From SAR86 cluster bacterium AG-390-O18 (lineage in GTDB: Bacteria; Pseudomonadota; Gammaproteobacteria; Magnimaribacterales; AG-339-G14), in the NCBI GenBank assembly GCA_003279605.1, contig QCHF01000002.1:456455-520454 (forward strand): a DNA stretch of 64,000 bases, given 5' to 3'. The notes beneath the pieces were generated by a model. It saw nothing but the letters and a program-made list of their open reading frames with translations. It did not search any database and was not told the origin of the DNA. Shown here piece by piece: positions 33,701 through 42,574 of the stretch (position 1 is its first letter; every line of letters starts with the position of its first letter). The position numbers were made by a program, and so were the translations under genes.

Positions 33701-34185
33701 GAGGACCTCTAGTTTTTGCTACTTTAGATGATGGAACAGATAGGATAGAGCTTGTTATCTCCTCAGAAGTCCTCGATAGTTTTGAAGGTAATTTAAATCC
33801 TCAAACAATTTATATTGCTAGTGGAGATGTTACTTTTGAAAAGGATGCTCAAAAGAAAAATATTGGATTACAAAAGAAGATGAGAGTTTCAAATATAAAA
33901 TCTCTTGAAGAGGCTAGGATGAAATCAGTAACGAAATTAAAAATCAATATTGAAGGCCAAGAAAAAAAGGATGTTCTGGATATTGTGGAAAATTTAAAAG
34001 CAATAGCCTTAATAGAAAATAATACTCAAGGTAGTCAAATCGAAATGCAATATAATCTTAATTCTGGTTCAGCAAATATTGAGCTAGATAAAAATTTTAG
34101 AATCCTTTTAAATGACGATAATATGGATAAACTTGTTGAAAATTGCGGTAAAGAAAATATTGATTTCCAATATCGTGCGAGATAA
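30724..34185 (+). CDS. dnaE: DNA polymerase III alpha subunit
   Basis: PHP domain, GPGRGSGAASLV, PDFDID and GYGFNKAHS motifs; 1153 aa. Confidence 0.99.
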   Translation: MLDKKFTHLNIHSEYSIVDSIVKIDQLSEKAEKYNYESIAITDSANLFGFLKFYKSVRSKGIKPIAGAEINHVRDNSSHHEHANLTLIAKNQSGYKNLIKLISKSQIAGKTSGIPVIETEWLAEHSEGLIALSGGFRGHIGKAILDTNHDLFLKRIKYFQKIFEEDFILEISRINRPQEDLYNEYILSKAGELGLPVVASNEVRFIDKEDYEAHETRVCIQKGEVLSDARRTRNYFEDQYFLSSEEMHEKFKDIPEALSNAYELSKKCNLEIKTGIYVLPDFETPLNKSAADHLIELSNNNLKEKIKDLSEDDKVKYANRLEFELDVISKMGYSGYFLVVSDFVNWALENNVPVGPGRGSGAASLVAYCLGITGIDPLKYGLLFERFLNPDRISNPDFDIDFCKDGRDKVIDYVTQKYGKQAVAQICTFGTMAARAVVRDVARAQGKSYGLADKLAKMIPFSPDMTLEKALENNDLKRALKTDEQAEEIFDMARKLEGIIRNVGKHAAGVVIAPSEINDFSPLYLDEATNTLATQFDMKDIESVGLQKFDFLGLRTLTIIKDALDLINTKRQKLNLDSINLDQLNLEDRLTFELLQNGLTTAVFQLESRGLKEYLVKIKPSSFEDIISVVALYRPGPLDAGMVDTFIKRKHGSEKTDYLGDKDIEKVLKNTYGVIVYQEQVMQLAQEYSGFSLGQADLLRRAMGKKIPEEMERQRPEFINGALKKGKIERAAEGLFDQIQTFAGYGFNKAHSAGYGLIAFQTAWLKAHYPVEFLSAALSSDMDDSDRVRLLLDDCQNFEIDIIKPDVNKSQLNFINQGDNEILYGLGAVKGLGKAAIENIISQRDHKPFENLYDFCARVDLSKVDKRGIEPLIKCGAMDSFNLSRKEMLESLEDAMKYAKQNTMTQESGISDLFGGISESNDFIPIKKDKYDDFANSKFEFSALGFYLETHPVKEHYWELIKLGTGSIENVIEERVNTISGVIIRQNRIQTRRGPLVFATLDDGTDRIELVISSEVLDSFEGNLNPQTIYIASGDVTFEKDAQKKNIGLQKKMRVSNIKSLEEARMKSVTKLKINIEGQEKKDVLDIVENLKAIALIENNTQGSQIEMQYNLNSGSANIELDKNFRILLNDDNMDKLVENCGKENIDFQYRAR

Positions 34186-34187
34186 AT

Positions 34188-35141
34188 ATGGCATATACCT
34201 ATTTAGAATTTGAGAAACCGATAAGCGATCTTGAAAACAAGATTGAATCTCTAAGAGATAATAAAGATAACGATGAAAGCGTTCATCAAGAAATTTCTTC
34301 CCTGAGCGATAAAATTGAAAATCTCACTAAAGAAATTTATGAAGGCCTTTCCATTTGGCAAAAAGTTCAAGTAGCTCGCCATCCTCATAGACCTCATTTT
34401 TCTGACTATATAGAAAACATTTTTACCGATTTTGATGAGTTGCATGGCGATCGATTGTTTGGTGACGATCAAGCAATCATTGGTGGTTTAGCAAAATTTA
34501 AAGGTAATCCAGTTGTAATCATTGGACATGAAAAAGGGAAGTCTACTGAAGATAAAATATCTAGAAACTTTGGTATGTCTCAACCTGAAGGCTATCGCAA
34601 AGCTTCAAGATTAATGAAATTAGCTGAAGATTTTTCTTTGCCAATTATTACTTTTATAGACACGCCAGGAGCTTATCCTGGAATTGAGAGCGAAGAACGT
34701 GGAATGAGTGAAGCCATTGCTAAAAATTTAAGCATTATGTCGGGTTTGAAAGTACCAATAATTGTAATCATTACAGGAGAAGGAGGTTCAGGAGGAGCAC
34801 TGGCTATTGGAGTAGGAGATCATATCTCTATGTTGCAATACTCAATTTACTCAGTAGCATCTCCAGAAGCTTGTGCGTCTATTGTTTGGAGAGATAATTC
34901 AAAAGCTCAAGAAGCTGCGGAGGCAATGAAGCTTGATGCTAAAAATTTACTGGATTTTGGCTTGATTGATAACGTAATTGATGAGCCTTTGGGCGGCGCT
35001 CATAGAGATACAAAAAAAGCGTCTTCATTAATTGCTAAAGAAATTGACGACAACTTAAAACGTCTAAAAGAAATCGGCATCGATGAGCTTATCGAAAAGA
35101 GATATCAAAAAATCATGTCTTATGGGTCAATTCAGAAGTGA
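34188..35141 (+). CDS. accA: Acetyl-CoA carboxylase carboxyltransferase alpha subunit
   Basis: YLEFEKPI, ARHPHRP, DTPGAYPG and GEGGSGGALA motifs. Confidence 0.98.
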   Translation: MAYTYLEFEKPISDLENKIESLRDNKDNDESVHQEISSLSDKIENLTKEIYEGLSIWQKVQVARHPHRPHFSDYIENIFTDFDELHGDRLFGDDQAIIGGLAKFKGNPVVIIGHEKGKSTEDKISRNFGMSQPEGYRKASRLMKLAEDFSLPIITFIDTPGAYPGIESEERGMSEAIAKNLSIMSGLKVPIIVIITGEGGSGGALAIGVGDHISMLQYSIYSVASPEACASIVWRDNSKAQEAAEAMKLDAKNLLDFGLIDNVIDEPLGGAHRDTKKASSLIAKEIDDNLKRLKEIGIDELIEKRYQKIMSYGSIQK

Positions 35142-36113
35142 ATGGATTTTTCTGATTATCTCAAGCCATATTTAAATAAAAAAACTGAAAATTATTATGT
35201 TGCTTTAAGCGGTGGAGCAGACTCTCTTGTGCTTCTTAATGAATTAAAAAAGCTACAAAAAGATAATGATTTCAATTTAATTGCTATCCATATAAACCAT
35301 AACGTTCAGAAAGATTCAAAAAAATGGAAAACTATTTGTGAAAATATATGTAAAAAAAATGAAATTAAATTCATTACTCATTCTTTAAGATGGAAAAAAA
35401 ATAGTTCTTCAAATCTTGAAAAAAAACTAAGAGATGAAAGATATAGATTTTTTGAAAAGACTTTAGAAAAAAACTCAATTCTTTTCATGGGTCATCATCT
35501 AGATGATGTTATCGAGACTTTCTTTTTAAGAGCATTCAGAGGAAGTGGAATTGAAGGTTTGAGTTCCATTCCAAAAGAAAGGGCCTTAGGAAAAGGAAAG
35601 CTTGTGAGACCCTTCTTAAATATTTCAAAAAGTGAAATTTTAGCAAGAGCAAAAAAAGACAAATTAAAATTTATCAAAGATCCATCCAATAAAGATAATT
35701 ATTTTGATAGAAATTATTTAAGAAACGAAGTTTTACCCAAGATAGAAAAAAGATGGCCTTCATATAGAAAAAATTTAAATCAGTTGACTGCAAACTTAAA
35801 AGAATCAAGCAACTTACTAATGATTCAGGCAGAAAAAGACTTTAATGAGGTGAAAGTAAAAACAAATCTTATTTCATTGAAAAAATTTCTTTGCCTTTCA
35901 AAAATTCATCAAAAAAATGTTTTTATGTTTTGGATCAACCTAAATGGGTTAAATCAACCTAGCGCTAAAGTGATAAATCTTTTTTTTAGTAAATTTCTAA
36001 AAGATGAAAAGACGTCTAAAGCAAAATATATTTGGGGAACTGCTTCAAAAAAAGGCTCAGTTTGTATTACTAAAAACAGAAATGAATTAAAAATTTCAGA
36101 ACTATCAGCTTAA
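35142..36113 (+). CDS. tilS: tRNA(Ile)-lysidine synthetase, shortened at the C-terminus
   Basis: VALSGGADS PP-loop, GHHLDD, DPSN and RNYLR motifs; follows accA. Confidence 0.95.
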   Translation: MDFSDYLKPYLNKKTENYYVALSGGADSLVLLNELKKLQKDNDFNLIAIHINHNVQKDSKKWKTICENICKKNEIKFITHSLRWKKNSSSNLEKKLRDERYRFFEKTLEKNSILFMGHHLDDVIETFFLRAFRGSGIEGLSSIPKERALGKGKLVRPFLNISKSEILARAKKDKLKFIKDPSNKDNYFDRNYLRNEVLPKIEKRWPSYRKNLNQLTANLKESSNLLMIQAEKDFNEVKVKTNLISLKKFLCLSKIHQKNVFMFWINLNGLNQPSAKVINLFFSKFLKDEKTSKAKYIWGTASKKGSVCITKNRNELKISELSA

Positions 36114-37775
36114 AATTTTATTGATGCAATTAAGAATTGCTTTGTAAGAAGCTACCGTAGTGTTTTGATCTATCCCGGCGCCCCAATCTGAGGAATTTTT
36201 ATTTTGTATTTCAATATATGCTGCAGCTGAGGCATCTGACCCAGATGAAATTGAGTGCTGATGATAATCGGAAACTTTAAAGTCTAAAGACAAGTAATCG
36301 TTTAAAGCATTAATGAAAGCATCTATCGGACCATTTCCAGTTCCCTCGATTTGGATTTCTTTATTATTCTCTAATAATGAAAGCTTAATAATGTCTTTTT
36401 CTTTTGATGATTGAATCTCATGAGAAGTATAAGAAATCTTTTTTGTATTATTTTTTAGATAATAATTTTCAAAACTTTGCCAAATCTCCTTGGAATCTAA
36501 TTCTTTTCCAGTTTCATCGGCTTGCTTTTGTATAACTTGACTGAAATCAATTTGCATTCTTCTAGGCAAGGTAACTCCATAGTCTTGTTCAAGAATGTAG
36601 GAAATGCCTCCTTTTCCTGATTGGCTATTTATCCTAATCACAGCTTCATAGGTTCTTCCAACATCTTCAGGGTCTATAGGCAAATAGGGCACTCGCCACT
36701 TTGAATCATTTGAATTTCGCATTTCATCAAATCCTTTTTTAATTGCATCTTGATGAGATCCTGAAAAAGCTGTGAAAACCAAGTCTCCTGCATATGGATG
36801 ACGTGGATGAACCGGAAGTTGATTGCAATATTCCACCTCACGCATTGTCTTATTGATATCAGAAAAATCTAGCTGAGGGTCAATTCCTTGAGTAAATAAA
36901 TTTAATCCCAAAGTCACAATATCTACATTACCCGTTCTTTCTCCGTTTCCAAAAAGAGTACCTTCAATTCTATCTGCACCTGCCATCAAACCAAGTTCAG
37001 CCGCCGCAACTGCTGTTCCTCTATCGTTATGCGGATGAAGACTAAGAATGACATTATCTCTATTCTTTAAATTTTCATTCATCCATTGAATTTGATCGGC
37101 ATAAATATTTGGCGTGGAGAGTTCCACTGTCGCAGGAAGGTTTATAATTGTTTTGTTTTTGTTACCTTTGTACCAGATATTATTGACTTCATTACAAACC
37201 TCGGCAGCGTAGTCTAGTTCTGTTCCAGTAAAGCTTTCTGGACTGTACTCAAATTGCCAATTTGTTTTGTTGTACTCTTCTGAAAGTTTTTGCACAAGTT
37301 CAGCTCCTTCCGTAGCAATTTTTGTAATTCCTGATTTATCTTTTTTGAAAACAATTTCTCTTTGGAGAGTTGAAGTAGAGTTATACAGGTGAAAAATTAC
37401 ATTTTTTGCACCTTCCGTAGCCTCAAAGGTTCTTTTTATTAAGTGCTCCCTAGCTTGTGACAAAACTTGGATTTTTACATCGGAAGGAATTAAATTTTCA
37501 TCTATTAATTTTCTTACGAAGCTGAATTCTGTTTCAGATGCTGATGGAAATCCTATTTCTATTTCCTTAAAACCCAATTCAATCAACATTGAAAAAAATC
37601 TAAGTTTTTTTTCTATCCCCATTGGCTCAATAAGAGCTTGATTTCCATCTCGCAAGTCAACGCTACACCAGATGGGGGCATTTGTGATTTGGTTGGCAGG
37701 CCAGCTTCTATTTTTAAGTTTAATTTTCTCAAAAGATGAGTACTTGGAAATAGCGCTGTTATCTATTTTCTTCAT
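36105..37775 (-). CDS. leuA: 2-isopropylmalate synthase (Pseudomonas/actinobacterial/yeast-type)
   Basis: WCSVDLRDGNQAL, HPHNDRG, GNGERTGN and RINSQSGKGG motifs. Confidence 0.97.
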   Translation of the reverse strand: MKKIDNSAISKYSSFEKIKLKNRSWPANQITNAPIWCSVDLRDGNQALIEPMGIEKKLRFFSMLIELGFKEIEIGFPSASETEFSFVRKLIDENLIPSDVKIQVLSQAREHLIKRTFEATEGAKNVIFHLYNSTSTLQREIVFKKDKSGITKIATEGAELVQKLSEEYNKTNWQFEYSPESFTGTELDYAAEVCNEVNNIWYKGNKNKTIINLPATVELSTPNIYADQIQWMNENLKNRDNVILSLHPHNDRGTAVAAAELGLMAGADRIEGTLFGNGERTGNVDIVTLGLNLFTQGIDPQLDFSDINKTMREVEYCNQLPVHPRHPYAGDLVFTAFSGSHQDAIKKGFDEMRNSNDSKWRVPYLPIDPEDVGRTYEAVIRINSQSGKGGISYILEQDYGVTLPRRMQIDFSQVIQKQADETGKELDSKEIWQSFENYYLKNNTKKISYTSHEIQSSKEKDIIKLSLLENNKEIQIEGTGNGPIDAFINALNDYLSLDFKVSDYHQHSISSGSDASAAAYIEIQNKNSSDWGAGIDQNTTVASYKAILNCINKILS

Positions 37776-37820
37776 GGTTATAAATTAACTTAAGTGTGCT
37801 TATCATATAAGATATTTACA

Positions 37821-38120
37821 ATGAAATCAGAGGAAAAGCTTTTGAAAGAAATGGGAATTTCTTCTTGGACTTTGAAAAAAAATTTTTTGTTTGACGGCAA
37901 ACATATCGCCAAAAAAGATATTAAAAATATCTCTACGGAAGATTTAAAATTTTTAAAGTCTTTAAACATTTCACTTAGACAAGAGTTTTCCGAGAATTAT
38001 CCAGAGCAAATAATTGATTATTTATCTTCAAAGAAAATTGAAATAGATAATTTCGATTTTTTGAAAAATATGTCTGTTAAAGAAAAAAAAGAACTTTTGA
38101 TTAACATTGAGAAAGATTGA
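37821..38120 (+). CDS. Putative minimal DNA polymerase III psi subunit (HolD-like), 99 aa from the ATG at 37821
   Basis: N-terminal LLKEMGISSWTLK resembles the psi clamp-loader-binding peptide (E. coli LQQLGITQWSLR); sits directly upstream of rimI as holD does. Confidence 0.55.
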   Translation: MKSEEKLLKEMGISSWTLKKNFLFDGKHIAKKDIKNISTEDLKFLKSLNISLRQEFSENYPEQIIDYLSSKKIEIDNFDFLKNMSVKEKKELLINIEKD

Positions 38121-38616
38121 AAAAATAAAAAAACGTTATCTTGAGCAAGTCTTTGGAATAGAACAGCTTTCTAATTCCACTCCTTGGAGCTTCTCCAGCT
38201 TTCTTGATTGTATGAGAAAAGATTATGAATTTTACGTATTTCTGGAAAATGAGAAGGTTCAGGGTTTTTTTATAGCTAGTTTTAGTTTACTGGAAGGACA
38301 CTTATTAAATATTTCTGTCGCGCCTAATATGAAAAGACAAGGAATAGGAAATGAACTTTTAAACAAAGTAGAATCCATTGCCAATAAGTATGGAATTAAA
38401 GAAATATTTTTAGAGGTCAGAGAATCAAACAAAGAAGCTATATCTTTTTACAAAGATAATGAATTTTTGGAGATTGGATTAAGAAAAAACTATTACAAAC
38501 TGTACGATGGGAGAGAGGATGCTCTCATTTTTTCAAAGAAGCTGAGAAATGATTCTTTTTCTTTAAAGCAGATTTTCTATGTCTTGAGCAATATCTTTAG
38601 GTTCCGTATTAGGTGA
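38107..38616 (+). CDS. rimI: Ribosomal protein S18-alanine N-acetyltransferase
   Basis: PWS, HLLNISV, RQGIG, LEVRESN, RKNYY and EDAL motifs. Confidence 0.93.
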   Translation: MRKIEKIKKRYLEQVFGIEQLSNSTPWSFSSFLDCMRKDYEFYVFLENEKVQGFFIASFSLLEGHLLNISVAPNMKRQGIGNELLNKVESIANKYGIKEIFLEVRESNKEAISFYKDNEFLEIGLRKNYYKLYDGREDALIFSKKLRNDSFSLKQIFYVLSNIFRFRIR

Positions 38617-39045
38617 GTAACGCTTAATTACCTCACCATCTTTATTGACTAAAAATTTAGTGAAATTCCATTTTATTGCCTTGCTTCCAAGTAAGCCTTT
38701 CTTTTCCGATTTGAGATAATCATACAAAGGATCAGCATTTTTTCCATTGACGTCAATTTTCCCCATGACAGGGAAACTGGTTTGAAAATTTATTGAACAA
38801 AATTCTTGGATTTCTTCATTACTTCCAGGCTCTTGATTGCCAAATTGATTACAAGGAAAAGCTAAAACAGAAAAATCTTTTTCTGAGTATTTTTTTTGTA
38901 GCTCTTCTAAACCATCATATTGCGGAGTAAATCCACATTTGCTGGCTGTATTAACAATTAGCAGGGTTTTTCCTTTATATTTTTCCAATGATACTGAATT
39001 ATTTGCATTATCATTCACTGAAAAGTCATATAATGTTTGGCTCAT
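38563..39045 (-). CDS. Glutathione peroxidase family protein, Cys type
   Basis: VNTASKCGFTPQY, AFPCNQFGNQEPG and IKWNFTKFLV motifs. Confidence 0.96.
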   Translation of the reverse strand: MSQTLYDFSVNDNANNSVSLEKYKGKTLLIVNTASKCGFTPQYDGLEELQKKYSEKDFSVLAFPCNQFGNQEPGSNEEIQEFCSINFQTSFPVMGKIDVNGKNADPLYDYLKSEKKGLLGSKAIKWNFTKFLVNKDGEVIKRYSPNTEPKDIAQDIENLL

Positions 39046-39100
39046 AAAATTCATTTTATCAGAAAAAATATAAATACTTTAATCAACGGGGAGAGCAATC

Positions 39101-40141
39101 ATGAAGTACAAAAAATTAGGTAACACCGACTTAGACGTAAGTCTTATTTGTTTAGGGACAATGACTTGGGGCCAACAAAATACTGAAGAAGAAGGTCATG
39201 AGCAAATGAATTATGCTGTTGATAGAGGAGTTAATTTTTTTGATACAGCAGAACTTTATTCAATTCCACCAAAAGCAGAAACACAAGGAAGCACGGAAAC
39301 AATTATTGGAACTTGGTTTAAGAAAAACAATAATCGTGAAAAAATTATTTTAGCTACGAAAGTTGCTGGTAGAAGTGGCATGGATTGGTTCAGAGGAGGA
39401 GAGACTCGACTCGATAAAAAAAATATAGAGGCAGCGATAGAAGGGAGCTTGAAAAGACTGCAAACTGACTATATCGATTTGTATCAACTTCACTGGCCGG
39501 ATAGACCTTTGCCAATGTTCGGCGGTGGAGCAGGCCTTTACAAACATTATGATATGGAAAGCATCGAAATTTCCGAAACATTGGAAGTGTTAAAGTCTTT
39601 AGTAGATTCCGGCAAGGTGAGGTATATCGGTTTATCTAATGAGACCCCTTGGGGACTTTCAGAATTCATCAGAATTGCAGATCAAATGAATTTACCAAGG
39701 GTTCAGTCAGTTCAAAATGCTTACAATCTTTTAAATAGGACATACGAATACGGCATGTCTGAATTTTATTTCAGATCTGAAGTAGGCCTATTGGCATACT
39801 CTCCGCTTGCTCAAGGATATTTATCTGGAAAATATTTAAATGGCGCAAAACCTGAAGGCTCTAGAACTCAATTGTTTGGTAGAGGTCAAAGATATGAGAC
39901 AGAATCTGCCGAAAATTCAATTCAAAAGTATGTCGACTATGCAAAAGAAATAAATATGGATCCTTCTGTCATGGCTAACGCTTTTGTTAATTCCAGAGAT
40001 TTTGTGACATCCAATATCATCGGAGCTACAACAATGGAACAACTAAAATTAGCCATAGATAGCTTTGAAGTTGAACTGAGCGAAGAAAATCTGACCTATT
40101 TGGATCAAGTACACGCGGCTTGCCCTAATCCATGTCCTTAA
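39101..40141 (+). CDS. NADP(H)-dependent aldo/keto reductase, Tas-like
   Basis: CLGTMTWG, DTAELY, LQTDYIDLYQLHWP, GLSNETPWG and LAYSPL motifs; GGGAG SD upstream. Confidence 0.93.
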   Translation: MKYKKLGNTDLDVSLICLGTMTWGQQNTEEEGHEQMNYAVDRGVNFFDTAELYSIPPKAETQGSTETIIGTWFKKNNNREKIILATKVAGRSGMDWFRGGETRLDKKNIEAAIEGSLKRLQTDYIDLYQLHWPDRPLPMFGGGAGLYKHYDMESIEISETLEVLKSLVDSGKVRYIGLSNETPWGLSEFIRIADQMNLPRVQSVQNAYNLLNRTYEYGMSEFYFRSEVGLLAYSPLAQGYLSGKYLNGAKPEGSRTQLFGRGQRYETESAENSIQKYVDYAKEINMDPSVMANAFVNSRDFVTSNIIGATTMEQLKLAIDSFEVELSEENLTYLDQVHAACPNPCP

Positions 40142-40145
40142 TTTG

Positions 40146-40583
40146 ATGAAATGGATATGGAACAAATATCATGATTTGGATGACTCGCAGTTAAGAGATA
40201 TTTCAGAGCTAAGAAAATCTTTTTTTGAAGCAGACCAAGAAGATCCGGTAAAGGACGAATACGATGAAATTAGTTTTCATCTTCTGGGACAGATAAACGC
40301 TGACTTGGTTGCATATGGTAGAGTGACTCCTCCTCACGGTGAATTTATCAATCCTTACCTTAGTAGAATCATCGTTGCCGAAAAATTTAGAAAAAAAGGG
40401 TTCGGTAAAGCTTTGGTTAATGAGTTAAGTAAAAAATCAAAAGCTTTGTTTTCCAATAAAATAACAAAAGTATCAAGCTTAGCTTCTACCTTAAGTTTTT
40501 ATAAAAAACATAATTTCATTGAAGATAAAAAGGTCATTGACGAGGCTGGAGTTGAGCATTTTATTTTATTGAAAAATGATTGA
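40146..40583 (+). CDS. GNAT N-acetyltransferase, ElaA-like
   Basis: LRKSFF..DQ, LVAYGRV, RIIV..FRKKGFGKAL and DEAGVEH motifs. Confidence 0.8.
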   Translation: MKWIWNKYHDLDDSQLRDISELRKSFFEADQEDPVKDEYDEISFHLLGQINADLVAYGRVTPPHGEFINPYLSRIIVAEKFRKKGFGKALVNELSKKSKALFSNKITKVSSLASTLSFYKKHNFIEDKKVIDEAGVEHFILLKND

Positions 40584-41409
40584 TAAAAAATACGTCAACA
40601 TTGCATTAATCGTTGTTTTTTTTGTTTCCTTATTCATTTCTTTAAATTCAGTTATTTTTGAAACCAATTTTCAACTCAACCAAGCAATTGCCCGCGTTGG
40701 CGAAAAAGAAATAAGCCGACAGAGGTTTAAAGAGATAATTAAAGTTTTAGACGATCAAAGCAATTCAGAGTTGACTTTGGAAAAGAAAAATTTGATCCGA
40801 GAAAGGCTGATCGATGAGGAGCTTTTAATTCAAAAAGCAATAGAGCTTGATTTGGTAAGAAATGACTCTTTGGTAAAAGGGAATGTAATTCAGACTATGT
40901 TTCAATACATTATAAATTCAAGTGAATTAGCAGAACCTTCTGAGACTGAGTTAAGAGATTATTTCAACAAAGAAAAGAATTACTTCTCTACAGGGAAGCG
41001 TTACAAAGTTAGGAATTATACTTTTCGTAATTTGAGTGATGCAGAAGTAGCAAGAAAATCACTAACTCAAAACAATTTAGAAAACTTTTTAAAACTTGTA
41101 GAAACGGAAAATGCTATTGATTTACCTAATGTCTTCCTCACACCACAAAAAATAAGAGATTATTTAGGACCCAAAGTATTAAAAGAATTGCCAAGTCTTG
41201 AAAAAGGAGGCTTTTCTAATGTTTTTGAAATAAACCAAGTACCTAGCATCGTTATTTGTATTGATATTTTGTTGGACAACAATCCAAAATTCGAAGAAAT
41301 CATTGAACAAATCAAGAATAAATTCCTCAGAGATCGTGAAGACAGTCTTGTCAAAGAGTATATTGAAAACTTAAGAAATTTTTATGAAATTGAAAAATAT
41401 TCTTTTTAG
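40576..41409 (+). CDS. Membrane-anchored SurA N-terminal/rotamase-like (PPIase-like) protein
   Basis: N-terminal TM helix, IARVGEKEIS, LIDEELLIQKAIELDL and ELRDYF motifs. Confidence 0.75.
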   Translation: MIDKKYVNIALIVVFFVSLFISLNSVIFETNFQLNQAIARVGEKEISRQRFKEIIKVLDDQSNSELTLEKKNLIRERLIDEELLIQKAIELDLVRNDSLVKGNVIQTMFQYIINSSELAEPSETELRDYFNKEKNYFSTGKRYKVRNYTFRNLSDAEVARKSLTQNNLENFLKLVETENAIDLPNVFLTPQKIRDYLGPKVLKELPSLEKGGFSNVFEINQVPSIVICIDILLDNNPKFEEIIEQIKNKFLRDREDSLVKEYIENLRNFYEIEKYSF

Positions 41410-42574
41410 CTTTCTTCTAATCCTTTTTTTTTCAGGAAATATTTTATCTCACCAAAAAAGTCAGTCTTATACCTCTTGGAAGGGCGAAGTGGCTGGTACG
41501 AACTTTATAGTTTCCGTTTCAACAAAAATCAGCAAAGCAGTTTTATTTAATCAATTACAAAATAATGGCTACCGCATAGATCAGCTTGAGGATTATTTTA
41601 AAAACAAAATAAACTCTGAAGATTGCTTTTCCCAAAGTCCGCTGATCCAGGACAAGGATGGTAACTTTGTTCAATACCTAGATAAATTTATCTGTTCCAA
41701 AGAGGAGCCTAGATTTAATTTCAACTTGTTTTTTGACTTGAATCTTTCCCACTTGGATTTTTCTTCTCAACAAAAGGAAGGTCAACTCTTTCCTGACTTT
41801 ATTATTTCCTCAGATAATCGTGAGATTTCTATTTTTGATGAGAATCAAAGTGCTGAGCTTAATTTATCCTTCTTTAACTTCCTGTCTTTTGGTTTCAGAC
41901 ACATTTTGAGTGGTTTGGACCATATTGCTTTTTTATTACTCATAATTTTTTTATGTGCAAACTTAAAAACCCTTTTTTTTGCTATTTCAGGTTTTACCTT
42001 AGGTCATTCGGCTAGCCTTTTTTCAAGTGTTCAAGGCCTCATTGTATCTTCAACAAGTTTGGTTGAAATTATGATTGGATTTTCTATTTTAGTCTGCTCG
42101 ATAGAGGTTTTAGGAAAAAAGACCTCTCAGCTCGGCACTTTTTCAAATCTTCTGTTAGTTGCTTGGGCAATTCTTACTTTTGCTATTTATATCTTTTTAC
42201 CCAAGCAGGCTCTTTTCTTTTTGTCTTTAGGTCTCATGATGTTTTGTTACTTGAGATTATCTGAAAACTATCAAAGTAGTTTGAACCTTATTTTTATAAC
42301 GATCGTGTTTGGGTTTATCCACGGCTTGGGTTTTGCAGGTGCAATCAATGAGATTTATTTACCTAAAGAAGACATGTTAAAAATCCTTCTCGCTTTCAAC
42401 TTAGGCATTGAAATTGGTCAAATATTAATTTTTGGTGTTTTTGCTTTATTTACCTACCTTTTAAAATTTTATAATTTGGAAAAGTTTAGAAACTTTGCCA
42501 CCTTAGCTATTTCGGCTTCAATATTTGGCTATAGCTTAAATCTCATAATCGAGAGATCTTTTTTAGTTTTTTAG
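41384..42574 (+). CDS. HupE/UreJ-family membrane protein
   Basis: Signal peptide then His; GFRHILSGLDHIAF, FTLGHS, FGFIHGLGFA and FNLGIEIGQ motifs. Confidence 0.88.
   Translation: MKLKNILFSFLLILFFSGNILSHQKSQSYTSWKGEVAGTNFIVSVSTKISKAVLFNQLQNNGYRIDQLEDYFKNKINSEDCFSQSPLIQDKDGNFVQYLDKFICSKEEPRFNFNLFFDLNLSHLDFSSQQKEGQLFPDFIISSDNREISIFDENQSAELNLSFFNFLSFGFRHILSGLDHIAFLLLIIFLCANLKTLFFAISGFTLGHSASLFSSVQGLIVSSTSLVEIMIGFSILVCSIEVLGKKTSQLGTFSNLLLVAWAILTFAIYIFLPKQALFFLSLGLMMFCYLRLSENYQSSLNLIFITIVFGFIHGLGFAGAINEIYLPKEDMLKILLAFNLGIEIGQILIFGVFALFTYLLKFYNLEKFRNFATLAISASIFGYSLNLIIERSFLVF

Noticed and set aside
30724-34185. Possible intein or split in dnaE
   Set aside because: The length (1153 aa) is normal and the motifs are continuous.
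38930-38945. Possible selenocysteine in the glutathione peroxidase
   Set aside because: The active-site codon is TGT (Cys) in SKCG, with no in-frame TGA.
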